Source: a virus | Lineage: Duplodnaviria; Heunggongvirae; Uroviricota; Caudoviricetes | Strand: one strand, 5' to 3' | Virus record (IMG/VR): IMGVR_UViG_2917865565_000005 | Span: 1 to 38,593 of that record | DNA: 38,593 bases | Shown here: in pieces, positions 18,978-28,495 of the stretch | How positions within the stretch are numbered: the first letter of the stretch is position 1 | Layout: each line of letters begins with the position of its first letter | The notes under the pieces: generated by a model | What the model was told of the DNA's origin: nothing | What the model saw: only the letters and a program-made list of their open reading frames with translations | Databases searched by the model: none | Made by a program: the position numbers and the translations under genes

Positions 18978-19442
18978 ATGAAGTTTGTTGCGCCAGAACA
19001 GGCACCGGAACAGGCGGAAATCATCAGAAATACGCCGTTCTGGCCTGATGTGGACCTGTCGGAGTTCCGCAGTGTGATGCGCACTGACGGCACGGTGACG
19101 CAGCCGCGTTTAAAGCAGGTTGCGCTGTCGGCAATTTCGGAGGTCAACGCAGAGCTGTATGAGTTTCGCAGACGCCAGCAGATGCTGGGGTATGCCTCGC
19201 TGGCAGAGGTTCCGGCGGAACAGCTGGACGGCAAAAGTGAGCGTATTCAGCACTATTTCAACGCGGTTTACTGCTGGGCACGCGCCATGCTCAACGAACG
19301 ATACCAGGACTATGACGCCACGGCATCCGGTGTGAAGCGGGGCGAGGAACTGGCAGAAGCCAGCGGTGATTTGTGGCGTGACGCCCGCTGGGCCATCAGC
19401 CGGGTGCAGGATGCGCCGCACTGCACAGTGGAGCTTATCTGA
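18978..19442 (+). CDS. L: Head completion / stabilisation protein gpL
   Basis: ATG 18978 with SD AGGAGA (18965-18970); 'MKFVAPEQ...'; ORF track begins at an upstream in-frame ATG. Confidence 0.8.
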   Translation: MKFVAPEQAPEQAEIIRNTPFWPDVDLSEFRSVMRTDGTVTQPRLKQVALSAISEVNAELYEFRRRQQMLGYASLAEVPAEQLDGKSERIQHYFNAVYCWARAMLNERYQDYDATASGVKRGEELAEASGDLWRDARWAISRVQDAPHCTVELI

Positions 19443-19645
19443 TGAAAGTGCGTGCGCATCAGTATGACACGGTGGACGCGCTTTGCTGGCGTCATTACGG
19501 GCGCACGCAGGGTGTCACGGAGCAGGTACTGAAGGCAAATCCGGGGCTTGCCGAATACGGCCCCTTTTTACCTCACGGGCTGCAGGTGGAGCTCCCGGAC
19601 ATTCCGACCACCACCACCGTGCAGACCGTCCAGTTATGGGACTGA
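19442..19645 (+). CDS. X: Tail protein gpX
   Basis: 67 aa, same size and position as P2 X. Confidence 0.75.
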   Translation: MKVRAHQYDTVDALCWRHYGRTQGVTEQVLKANPGLAEYGPFLPHGLQVELPDIPTTTTVQTVQLWD

Positions 19646-19648
19646 ATT

Positions 19649-19864
19649 ATGACGCTTGAGCGAATCAGCGCCTTTATCACGTATTGCATCGCCGTCGTGC
19701 TGGCCTGGCTGGGCGATTTATCCATCAAGGATGCCTCAACGCTGGGCGGCCTGATGATCGGTGTGCTGATGCTGGCTATCAACTGGTACTACAAACACAA
19801 AGCCTACCAGCTTCTGCGCGACGGGCAGATCTCGCGGGAGGACTATGAATCCATCAATCGTTAA
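19649..19864 (+). CDS. Holin (two-TMD, pinholin-like)
   Basis: 71 aa with two hydrophobic helices ('ISAFITYCIAVVLAWLG', 'LGGLMIGVLMLAINWYY') and a charged C-terminus; immediately upstream of the endolysin. Confidence 0.6.
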   Translation: MTLERISAFITYCIAVVLAWLGDLSIKDASTLGGLMIGVLMLAINWYYKHKAYQLLRDGQISREDYESINR

Positions 19865-20360
19865 ACGCTGCCTTGTCGGGGCCGTGCTGGCTATTGCTGC
19901 CACGCTGCCGGGTTTTCAGCAGCTTCACACCTCCGTGGAGGGGCTGAAACTGATTGCCGATTACGAAGGCTGTCGTCTGCAGCCGTATCAGTGCAGCGCG
20001 GGTGTCTGGACCGACGGCATTGGTAATACGTCGGGCGTCATTCCCGGCAAAACTATTACGGAACGACAGGCAGCAGAAGGGCTGATCTCCAACGTGCTAC
20101 GTGTGGAGCGGGCGCTGGAAAGGTGTGTGAAGCAACAGCCGCCGCAGAAGGTGTATGACGCTACGGTGTCGTTTGCCTTCAACGTGGGGACGGGCAATGC
20201 CTGTAGTTCCACGCTGGTGAAATTGCTCAATCAGCGGCGCTGGGCGGATGCGTGCCGACAGTTGCCGCGCTGGGTTTATGTGAAAGGTGTTTTTAATCAG
20301 GGGCTGGATAACCGCCGTGCGCGGGAGATGGCCTGGTGCCTTAAAGGAGCTGGACTATGA
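19845..20360 (+). CDS. SAR-type endolysin (phage-21-like lysozyme)
   Basis: N-terminal weakly hydrophobic Gly/Ala-rich SAR segment 'CLVGAVLAIAATLPGF'; lysozyme motifs 'EGLKLIADYEG...GVWTDGIGNT' and 'FAFNVGTGNACSSTLVKLLNQ'. Confidence 0.85.
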   Translation: MNPSIVKRCLVGAVLAIAATLPGFQQLHTSVEGLKLIADYEGCRLQPYQCSAGVWTDGIGNTSGVIPGKTITERQAAEGLISNVLRVERALERCVKQQPPQKVYDATVSFAFNVGTGNACSSTLVKLLNQRRWADACRQLPRWVYVKGVFNQGLDNRRAREMAWCLKGAGL

Positions 20361-20785
20361 CACGTGCGCTGGCGGTAGTGGCGGCGCTGGCACTCGTTGC
20401 GCTGGTCTGGCAGTCGTGGCGGCTTAACAGCGCCAGCCACACCATCGAAACGCAGCGCGCGGCGCTGAAAAGTAAAGCGCACGAACTAACGAAGAAAAAT
20501 AGCCAGCTGATCAGTCTGTCCATTCTGGCTGAAACCAACAACCGGGAGCAGGCGCGGCTCTACGCCGAAGCAGAACAGACCAGTGCACTGCTGAGACAAC
20601 GACAACACCGGATCGAGGAACTGAAACGTGAGAACGAGGGTTTACGCCGCTGGGCTGATACTCCTTTGCCTGCTGACATTATCCGGCTGCGGGAACGTCC
20701 GACACTCACCGGAGGTGCAGCTTACCGTCAGTGGTTGTCCGCGAGTGACGCCGTGTCGGCTGGAGCAGGCAGCGCCGCGCACTAA
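20357..20785 (+). CDS. Rz-like inner-membrane spanin (LysB-like)
   Basis: 142 aa; N-terminal TM helix then coiled-coil-like periplasmic domain; follows the endolysin. Confidence 0.7.
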   Translation: MTRALAVVAALALVALVWQSWRLNSASHTIETQRAALKSKAHELTKKNSQLISLSILAETNNREQARLYAEAEQTSALLRQRQHRIEELKRENEGLRRWADTPLPADIIRLRERPTLTGGAAYRQWLSASDAVSAGAGSAAH

Positions 20786-20918
20786 CGGTGATCTGAACGC
20801 ATTGCTGGATGAAACGGAGGCCGCCTGGGCGGTCTGTGCAGACAAAGTGGACATGATTATTGCGTGTCAGGAGCGAAACATTGAACAAACCACAATCCCT
20901 GCGCCATGCCCTCAATAA
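20628..20918 (+). CDS. Rz1-like outer-membrane lipoprotein spanin (LysC-like), overlapping the i-spanin gene in another frame
   Basis: Signal peptide with lipobox 'LLTLSGC'; Pro/Cys-rich mature part; starts inside the i-spanin gene and extends past it. Confidence 0.6.
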   Translation: MRTRVYAAGLILLCLLTLSGCGNVRHSPEVQLTVSGCPRVTPCRLEQAAPRTNGDLNALLDETEAAWAVCADKVDMIIACQERNIEQTTIPAPCPQ

Positions 20919-21312
20919 AGCGGTGCCTTATGTCTGTAATAACCCGGACAAACTGCATCTGTTTGTGGATAACGGTTCGCTGGTTGCCACGGGGGCCAGC
21001 TCCATGTCATGGGAGTACCGTTACACCCTGAACGTGGTGATTGAGGATTTCAGCGGCGACCAGAATCTGCTGATGGCCCCGGTTTTGCTGTGGCTGCGGG
21101 ATAACCAGCCTGATGCCATCAATAATCCGGCGTTACGGGAAAAGGTATTCACCTTTGAGGTGGATATTCTGCGCAATGATGTCTGTGATATCAGCCTGAA
21201 CCTGCAACTGACGGAGCGTGTGCTGGTCAGCACTGACGGCAGTGTGTCGAGTGTTGAAGCGGTAGCGGAACCCGATGAACCTGAAGAAATGTGGACGGTG
21301 AAACGTGGCTGA
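20860..21312 (+). CDS. R: Tail completion protein gpR
   Basis: 150 aa; 'LNKPQSLRHALNKAV...LHLFVDNGS...' resembles P2 R as recalled; exact start uncertain. Confidence 0.8.
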   Translation: MRVRSETLNKPQSLRHALNKAVPYVCNNPDKLHLFVDNGSLVATGASSMSWEYRYTLNVVIEDFSGDQNLLMAPVLLWLRDNQPDAINNPALREKVFTFEVDILRNDVCDISLNLQLTERVLVSTDGSVSSVEAVAEPDEPEEMWTVKRG

Positions 21313-21751
21313 ATTGCAGAAGGTGGACGACTGGCTGAGTGCCTTGCTGGCGAATCTGGAGCCAGCCGCAAGAAGCCTCATGATGCGCCAGCTGGCGCAG
21401 GAACTGCGCCGGACACAGCAGCAGAATATCAGGATGCAGCGCAATCCTGATGGCAGCAGTTATGAACCGCGCAGGGTAACAGCACGCAGCAAGAAGGGGC
21501 GCATCAAACGTCAGATGTTTACAAAGCTGCGCACCACAAAATACCTGAAAACTGCCGCCAGCGCCGATTCTGCCAGCGTACAGTTTGAAGGTAAGGTGCA
21601 GCGCATTGCCCGCGTTCATCACTACGGCCTGCGCGATCGCGTCAGTCGTAAGGGACCGGAGGTCCGTTACGCAGAGCGTCGTTTGTTAGGTATTAATGAT
21701 GACGTAGAATCCTTAACCCACGATGTATTATTGCGCTGGCTATCTAATTGA
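21305..21751 (+). CDS. S: Tail completion / virion morphogenesis protein gpS
   Basis: 148 aa, P2 S-like size and position. Confidence 0.8.
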   Translation: MAELQKVDDWLSALLANLEPAARSLMMRQLAQELRRTQQQNIRMQRNPDGSSYEPRRVTARSKKGRIKRQMFTKLRTTKYLKTAASADSASVQFEGKVQRIARVHHYGLRDRVSRKGPEVRYAERRLLGINDDVESLTHDVLLRWLSN

Positions 21752-22636
21752 TTGTTTACCAATCGATGGAGTTAAGTTTTTAGGCCTGAGGGCGAGAAAT
21801 GGTTCATAGTCTATCCATGAGTCCCAGTTAATTAATCCATCATCGAATCCTATATATTTCATTAATACTAAAGGTAAAAGTAAATTTAGATTTGAATAAT
21901 AATCACTTAATTTAATGATACTGCTTGGATCATCTTTCTTAATGTATCCAATATAATTTCCATTGTGGAATAGAGAGTTTCGAAGCGTGCAATAGTGAAT
22001 CACGTTTCTTTGTGGTACAGGGTTGCCTTCTTTAGATACATTAAAACCATAATCTTTTAAAACCTTTGTAATTATTTGTGGTGTATAACTAGATGTCGAC
22101 TCGTTATCGATATATCTGCACAGGGATTCTAATGCTGAGAAATTAAGGAAGTATTTAACATCTACATAGTCCATTCTTTCCCTAAAAGAAAATATAGACT
22201 TATAGAACGCAGTTCTAAAAGGGTTTTGATGAGAATTAATATTTCTATGAAGTTTATCCATCGCAAGCTCAATGAACGCTGAGCGACTCTTTTCAGAGAA
22301 GCAATCTTCAACAATTATTCCTAGTGATGACTTTCTTTTTGACTTCAATTTTAGTGGGAAATTATTATCTAACTTTTCAGGTGTTTCATGTTTCTCTAGG
22401 AAGTTTGATATGATTACATTTTTTTGTGTTCAATGAAACTTAAAACAGCTGAAAGATCATAAATTATTTGAGTGACGGTGTTTTCAGAAGCATGTGCGGG
22501 AGAGAAAAATCCACTTAATACATATTCGCTTCCATCGCATTTATTCTCTTTTAGTTCCTTAAAGGATTTGTAACGAGGTATCAGTGTCCCTCCTTTAAAA
22601 GTAAATTCTTTCGTGAAGCAATATCCATAGATACCG
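21740..22636 (-). pseudogene. AT-rich accessory gene inserted between S and V; hypothetical protein with HEPN-like R-x4-H motif; two ORFs separated at a T7 run
   Basis: Upstream piece from ATG 22636 (SD AAGGAG); downstream piece (21740..22348) has only a TTG start and no SD, but its frame is open back to the upstream stop; adding one base at T7 22419-22425 joins them (about 299 aa). 'CTLRNSLFHNGNY' contains R-N-x3-H. Confidence 0.4.
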
Positions 22637-22674
22637 ATTTGTGTCATCTGTAACTCCTTTGCGCGGATAAACAT

Positions 22675-22692
22675 TGTGTAGTAAGTCATACA
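22675..22692. promoter_or_regulatory. TGT-N12-ACA dyad upstream of gene V (candidate late-promoter activator site)
   Basis: TGTgtagtaagtcatACA; only about 57 bp from the V ATG (22741), closer than at O and FI, so weaker. Confidence 0.35.
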
Positions 22693-22740
22693 TTTCTGAC
22701 TCAATGTCCCACAATATATGTTTGTGCAAATATCGTCGAC

Positions 22741-23319
22741 ATGAATGCACAACTAACCGAAATCATGCGCCTTATCACCAATCTGATCCGCACAGGTGTA
22801 GTCACCGAAGTGGACCGGGAAAACTGGCTGTGTCGGGTGAAAACGGGCGACCTCGAAACCAACTGGATTAACTGGCTGACACTGCGCGCGGGCAAATCGC
22901 GCACCTGGTGGAAACCGTCTGTGGGCGAGCAGGTTGTGCTGTTCAGCCTGGGTGGCAATCTGGAAACCGCGTTTGCCCTGCCTGCTGTCTACTCAAATCA
23001 GTTTCCACCACCTTCAGACTCTGAGGACGGCAACGTGGTTGAGTACCCGGACGGTGGCTGGTTTGAATACGAACCCGCGACCGGGCGCTGGTATGTCAGG
23101 GGCATCAAATCTATGGTCATTGAGGCCGTCGACAACATCACCCTGAAAACCAGTGAGTTTGTGCTGGAGGCTGACCGCACGCGTATTAACAGCGAAGTGG
23201 TGATCAATGGTGGTGTTACCCAGAGTGGCGGTGCAATGAGTTCTAACGGGATCGTGGTTAATGCGCATCAGCATACTGGCGTCCTGAAAGGCGGCGATAC
23301 CACCGGAGGCCCGGTATGA
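22741..23319 (+). CDS. V: Baseplate assembly / spike protein gpV
   Basis: 192 aa; N-terminus and 'WWKPSVGEQVVLFSLGG' align to P2 V as recalled. Confidence 0.85.
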   Translation: MNAQLTEIMRLITNLIRTGVVTEVDRENWLCRVKTGDLETNWINWLTLRAGKSRTWWKPSVGEQVVLFSLGGNLETAFALPAVYSNQFPPPSDSEDGNVVEYPDGGWFEYEPATGRWYVRGIKSMVIEAVDNITLKTSEFVLEADRTRINSEVVINGGVTQSGGAMSSNGIVVNAHQHTGVLKGGDTTGGPV

Positions 23320-23675
23320 CGCTTTATAGCGGGATGAACAATACCAGCGGTAAAGCTATTACTGATATTGACCATCTGCGCCAGTCGGTGCGGGACATTC
23401 TGCTGACACCGCAGGGTAGCCGCATTGCCCGTCGTGAATATGGTTCCCTGCTGTCGGCACTGATAGACCAGCCACAAAATCCGGCGTTACGCCTGCAGGT
23501 CATGTCGGCAGTGTATGTCGCGCTGAGTCGCTGGGAGCCACGGCTGACGCTGGATTCCATCACCATCAACAGCAATTTTGACGGTTCAATGGTGGTGGAG
23601 CTGACCGGGCGGCGGAATAACGGTGTGCCTGTTTCCCTTTCCGTATCAACAGGAGCAGAGAATGGCAGTGATTGA
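23316..23675 (+). CDS. W: Baseplate protein gpW
   Basis: 119 aa, P2 W-like size and position. Confidence 0.85.
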   Translation: MTLYSGMNNTSGKAITDIDHLRQSVRDILLTPQGSRIARREYGSLLSALIDQPQNPALRLQVMSAVYVALSRWEPRLTLDSITINSNFDGSMVVELTGRRNNGVPVSLSVSTGAENGSD

Positions 23676-24570
23676 CCTTTCGCAGTTACCTGCGCCGCAG
23701 ATTGTGGATGTGCCGGACTTTGAGACGCTGCTTGCCGAACGCAAGGCAGAATTTGTGGCGCTTCATCCGAAAGATGAGCAGGAAGCAGTGATGCGTACGC
23801 TGGAACTGGAATCTGAACCCGTCACTAAATTGCTGCAGGAGAACGCTTACCGTGAGTTGCTTCTGCGCCAGCGCATTAACGAAGCCGCGCAGGCTGTGAT
23901 GGTGGCTTACGCGATGGGCGGCGATCTTGACCAGCTCGCTGCTAACTACAACGTGAAACGCCTGACGGTGACACCTGCTGATGATGACGCTGTACCGCCC
24001 GTTGCGGCTGTGATGGAAAGTGATGAAGCGTTACGCCTGCGTGTGCCTGCAGCCTTTGAAGGGCTTTCTGTTGCTGGGCCAACTGCCGCTTATGAGTTTC
24101 ATGCACAAAGCGCCGACGGTCGGGTGGCGGATGCCAGTGCAACCAGTCCGGCACCTGCAGAGGTGGTGCTGACAGTTCTTAGCCGCGAAGGCGACGGAAC
24201 AGCAGAAAAAGACTTGCTGGATGTGGTGGAGAACGCCCTGAACAGTGAGAACGTCCGCCCGGTGGCTGATCGTCTGACGGTTCGCAGCGCAGAAATCATC
24301 CCGTACCGAGTGGAAGCCACCATTTTTCTTTATCCGGGACCGGAAGCAGAGCCGGTAATGGCAGCGGCAAAAGCCAGCCTGCAGAAGTACATCGCCAGTC
24401 AGACGCGGCTTGGTCGGGATATTCGCCGTAGCGCCATCTTTGCCGCCCTGCATGTTGAGGGAGTGCAGCGTGTGGAACTGGCTTCGCCGCTGGCGGATGT
24501 GGTCCTGAACAAAACACAGGCGGCATCATGTACGCAGTGGAGCGTAACCAACGGAGGAACGGATGAATAG
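23662..24570 (+). CDS. J: Baseplate protein gpJ
   Basis: From ATG 23662 (SD AGGAG): 'MAVIDLSQLPAPQIVDVPDFETLLAERKA...' aligns along its length to P2 J as recalled. Confidence 0.85.
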   Translation: MAVIDLSQLPAPQIVDVPDFETLLAERKAEFVALHPKDEQEAVMRTLELESEPVTKLLQENAYRELLLRQRINEAAQAVMVAYAMGGDLDQLAANYNVKRLTVTPADDDAVPPVAAVMESDEALRLRVPAAFEGLSVAGPTAAYEFHAQSADGRVADASATSPAPAEVVLTVLSREGDGTAEKDLLDVVENALNSENVRPVADRLTVRSAEIIPYRVEATIFLYPGPEAEPVMAAAKASLQKYIASQTRLGRDIRRSAIFAALHVEGVQRVELASPLADVVLNKTQAASCTQWSVTNGGTDE

Positions 24571-25168
24571 TTTGCTGCCGCCGGGTTCAACACCACTGGA
24601 GCGCCGACTGGCGCAAACCTGCAGCGGGATTTCTGATCTGCAGGTGCCACTGCGTGACCTGTGGGATCCGGCTACCTGTCCGGTCAGTTTCCTGCCTTAT
24701 CTCGCCTGGGCGTTCTCTGTGGATCGCTGGGACGAGGACTGGACGGAAAGCGTCAAACGCCAGGTGGTGAAGGATGCTTTTTATATTCATCAGCACAAAG
24801 GAACCACCAGTGCCGTGCGGCGGGTGGTGGAGCCGTTCGGCTTTCTGATCCGCATTATTGAGTGGTGGCAGACCGGAGAAACACCAGGCACGTTTCGCCT
24901 GGATATCGGCGTGCAGGACCAGGGCATCACCGAAGATACCTATCTGGAACTTGAGCGACTGATAAGCGATGCCAAACCATGTAGCCGTCACATGATCGGC
25001 ATGTCCATCAATCTGCAGACCAGCGGCCTGCATTGGGTGGGAGCCGCCAGCTATCTTGGCGAAGAAATCACGATCTATCCGTATATCAACGAAACAATTA
25101 TTTCCGGCGGCACCGCGCATGAAGGCGGGGCGGTCCACGTTATTGACACAGTGAGAGTGAATCCATGA
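24563..25168 (+). CDS. I: Baseplate / tail protein gpI
   Basis: 201 aa following J as in P2. Confidence 0.85.
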   Translation: MNSLLPPGSTPLERRLAQTCSGISDLQVPLRDLWDPATCPVSFLPYLAWAFSVDRWDEDWTESVKRQVVKDAFYIHQHKGTTSAVRRVVEPFGFLIRIIEWWQTGETPGTFRLDIGVQDQGITEDTYLELERLISDAKPCSRHMIGMSINLQTSGLHWVGAASYLGEEITIYPYINETIISGGTAHEGGAVHVIDTVRVNP

Positions 25169-26790
25169 GCACAAAATTTTATACCCTGCTGACGGAGATT
25201 GGTGCGGCGAAACTTGCCAGCGCCACTGCACTTGGTGTGCCGCTTAAAATTACTCATATGGCGGTGGGGGATGGTGGTGGAGCATTGCCGACGCCGGACG
25301 CAAAGCAGACGGCACTGGTAAATGAGAAACGCCGGGCTGCGCTGAATATGCTCTATATCGACCCGCAGAACAGCAGCCAGATTATTGCTGAACAGGTGAT
25401 CCCCGAAAACGAGGGCGGTTGGTGGATCCGTGAAGTGGGCCTGTTTGATGAATCCGGGGCATTGATTGCCGTGGGCAACTGCCCGGAAAGCTATAAGCCG
25501 CAACTGGCTGAAGGCAGCGGGCGTACCCAGACCGTGCGCATGGTGCTGATTACCAGCAGTACGGACAATATCATCCTGAAAATCGACCCTGCTGTAGTGC
25601 TGGCAACCCGCAAGTATGTGGATGACAAGGCACTGGAGCTGAAGGTGTACGTGGATGACCTGATGGCAAAACATCTTGCCGCACAGGACCCGCATTCACA
25701 GTATGCACCCAAAGAAAGTCCAACGTTTACCGGAACCCCCAAAGCGCCAACGCCAGCGGCGGGGAATAATACCACGCAGGTTGCGACCACCGCATTTGTT
25801 CAGGCGGCACTGACGGCTCTTATTAATGGTGCGCCAGCCACGCTGGACACGCTGAAAGAAATAGCCGCAGCCATAAACAATGATCCGAAATTCAGCACCA
25901 CTATTAACAATGCGCTGGCACTGAAAGCACCACTGTCGAGTCCGGCACTCAGCGGAACGCCGACAGCCCCCACGGCGGCGCAATCGGTCAACAATACACA
26001 GATTGCCACCACGGCATTTGTGAAATCGGCGATTGCGGCAATGGTGGGTTCTGCACCTGCGGCACTGGATACACTGAACGAACTGGCGGCGGCGCTGGGG
26101 AATGACCCGAACTTTGCCACGACAATAACTAACGCCCTTGCGGGGAAGCAGCCAAAGGATGCTACTTTAACGGCGTTGGCAGGGCTTTCTACATCAAAAG
26201 ATAAACTCCCTTATTTTACAGGGGAAGATCAGGCTGCCTTAACTGCACTGACAAGTGTTGGGCGTGCCATTCTTAGCAAGCCCAGCGCACAGGGCGTTCT
26301 TGATTATCTTGGTTTAGGGGATGGCTCTGCATTACCTGTTGGTGTCCCTGTTCCGTGGCCTTCTGCCATTCCACCGACAGGCTGGCTGAAATGCAACGGA
26401 GCGGCTTTTTCGGCAGAAGAATATCCCAAACTGGCAAAGGTTTATCCGACAAATAAATTGCCTGATTTACGTGGTGAGTTTATTCGCGGCTGGGATGATG
26501 GGCGTGGTATTGATGCTGGACGTGCTTTATTAAGCCTTCAGGCTGGAATGCTGGAAAAACACCGCCATATGGTTGTAGCCAACGATGGGTATGATTCAAA
26601 AGAGGAATGGGAACTGGCGGCAATCTTCAGAAAAGCATATACGCAAGGCCGGGGGCTTGATGCTGCCGATGCCGGAGGGACTCTGATTCCATCACCAACG
26701 CTACATACACGAGGGAGTATTGGTAACACAGGTGGGAGCGAAACCCGTCCACGAAATATTGCATTTAACTATATCGTGAGAGCTGCATAA
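25165..26790 (+). CDS. H: Tail fibre protein gpH
   Basis: 541 aa; conserved P2-H-like N-terminus; two tandem internal repeats containing 'NNTQ(I/V)ATTAFV'; C-terminal tail-collar-like region 'LRGEFIRGWDDGRGID...ETRPRNIAFNYIVR'. Confidence 0.85.
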   Translation: MSTKFYTLLTEIGAAKLASATALGVPLKITHMAVGDGGGALPTPDAKQTALVNEKRRAALNMLYIDPQNSSQIIAEQVIPENEGGWWIREVGLFDESGALIAVGNCPESYKPQLAEGSGRTQTVRMVLITSSTDNIILKIDPAVVLATRKYVDDKALELKVYVDDLMAKHLAAQDPHSQYAPKESPTFTGTPKAPTPAAGNNTTQVATTAFVQAALTALINGAPATLDTLKEIAAAINNDPKFSTTINNALALKAPLSSPALSGTPTAPTAAQSVNNTQIATTAFVKSAIAAMVGSAPAALDTLNELAAALGNDPNFATTITNALAGKQPKDATLTALAGLSTSKDKLPYFTGEDQAALTALTSVGRAILSKPSAQGVLDYLGLGDGSALPVGVPVPWPSAIPPTGWLKCNGAAFSAEEYPKLAKVYPTNKLPDLRGEFIRGWDDGRGIDAGRALLSLQAGMLEKHRHMVVANDGYDSKEEWELAAIFRKAYTQGRGLDAADAGGTLIPSPTLHTRGSIGNTGGSETRPRNIAFNYIVRAA

Positions 26791-27390
26791 TGGATAAAGC
26801 CGTATTAAATAGCGAACTTATTGCCACGAAGGCGGGGAATATTACCGTCTATAACTATGATGGTGAAACACGGGAATATATTTCTGAATCAACTGAATAT
26901 CTTGCTGTTGGCGTCGGTATTCCCGCACATTCGTGTTTAGATGCTCCTGGTTCATATAAGTCAGGTTATGTGTCCTGTCGAACTCTGGATTTGAGATCAT
27001 GGGAATATGTCCCTGACCACCGTGGTGAAACGGTCTATAACACATTGAACGGTAAACCGATAGAAATAAAAACCATTGGTGAATACCCGGAAAATGTGAC
27101 CACTCTTGCACCATCCACACCATATGATGTTTGGAATGGGAATGAATGGGTTGTGGACCTACAGGCGAAAAAAAAACGCATTAGAGAAAGTTTTTATAAC
27201 AGAAAGAGATATGGCGATTAATGAAGCTCTGAATTACATATCTCCTTTACAGAGTGAATTATTATTAGGGAGTATTTCGGAGCGAAATAAAGAAATTTTG
27301 CAGGTATGGTTAAACTATATTAATGAGTTAAAGGAAGCGGTATTTGTTTCTGATAAAGCTTCCTTATTGCCTGCTAAGCCAGAATGTTAG
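26790..27390 (+). pseudogene. G: Tail fibre assembly protein gpG; frame broken at an A9 run, probably intact in reality
   Basis: ORF 26790..27221 ends abnormally ('...QAKKKRIRESFYNRKRYGD*'); the conserved C-terminal part ('AINEALNYISPLQ...KEILQVWLNYINELKEA') is in ORF 27106..27390; one A fewer in A9 (27168-27176) joins them (about 200 aa). Confidence 0.75.
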
Positions 27391-27410
27391 TATTGCCTAA
27401 AGCTAGCCAT

Positions 27411-28401
27411 TTATTGGCTGGCTTTTGAGAGCAATATACTTTGTATGTGTGAAAATAATCGGTCCATGATTCTGGAAGAAATTGTACTGCTTAATAAGTA
27501 ACATATAGCAAAGCTGATTATTACTGTACCTACCAATATGAACGGCCATGACAACATCTTATTTAGGTAAGTGGAAATGTATAATATAAATAGACCATGT
27601 AACAGATATATACTAAGACTATTTTTTCCAAACCGCTCTAAAATTACACAGGTGGGTTTTAGCTGCATAAGAGCTAATACAAAAGCCGGAACCGCTGCGT
27701 AGTTGACTACTTTGTATAACATAAGTACAACTATAGATTTATCAAAATAAGAGAATGGAAAAGCGCCGTAGAGAAATATGGTAGGTGCAAGTATCGATAA
27801 AATCACTAATGCAATAACTGCTGAGAATAAAATGAGGTATATCGTATTTTTGTCGTGCCTTATACGTAATAAATTATTCCGATAAAATAACGCTCCTATA
27901 ATGAAGTAGGGTAGAAAATTAATTGTCCTCATAATGGATAGAGTCTGCGAACTGAAATCAATGAATTGAAATGCGAAGCTTATAAGTAAAGAAAGACAAA
28001 GAGGGTAACGGAAGGTGAATAGAACAGAAGCAATTATTTGCCAGAAAAAAAAGGCTTAAAAGATACCACATTATCCAATAAGGCGCGCCAATCTTAAGAT
28101 AACCAGAAATACTTCCTGTCAGCAAGAAGTTGATAAATTCATAAATAAAATTAAAAACAATGAATGGAACAAGAATATGTTTGCTTAATTTGTATATGTC
28201 AAGATTGCTACATCCCTTGCTAAGAAAACCAGAAATTAATACAAAGGCGGGCATGTGAAATGTGTAAATGAAATCATATATGTATTTCACTTGTTCATGT
28301 TCTACGCCACCGCCAAGTATGTGCGCCATAACCACCAGGAAAATTAACGCGCCTTTGAGCGTATCGATAGTGTTATCACGATTATCGATCTGTTGTGCCA
28401 C
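27411..28401 (-). pseudogene. Acyltransferase family 3 (O-antigen O-acetyltransferase-like) membrane protein; frame broken at an A8 run
   Basis: N-terminal motif 'NRDNTIDTLKGALIFLVVMAHIL' and 'FHMPAFVLISGFL'; multiple TM helices; two ORFs (27958..28407 and 27411..27932) join if A8 (28045-28052) is A7; GTG start 28401 with SD AAGGA (TTG 28407 in the ORF track). Confidence 0.7.
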
Positions 28402-28495
28402 GGACAATCCTTAAGTGTATATAGTTAGTTTTCTGTTGAAGACAGTATCCAGGGTAACGGATTCAATTAAAAGTATTAAATGAGAATCTGATAAT

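Noticed and set aside
27168-27176. A9 run in the tail fibre assembly gene as a programmed frameshift site
   Set aside because: No known biology for this gene, and the same kind of break occurs in host housekeeping genes in this window; artefact is more parsimonious.
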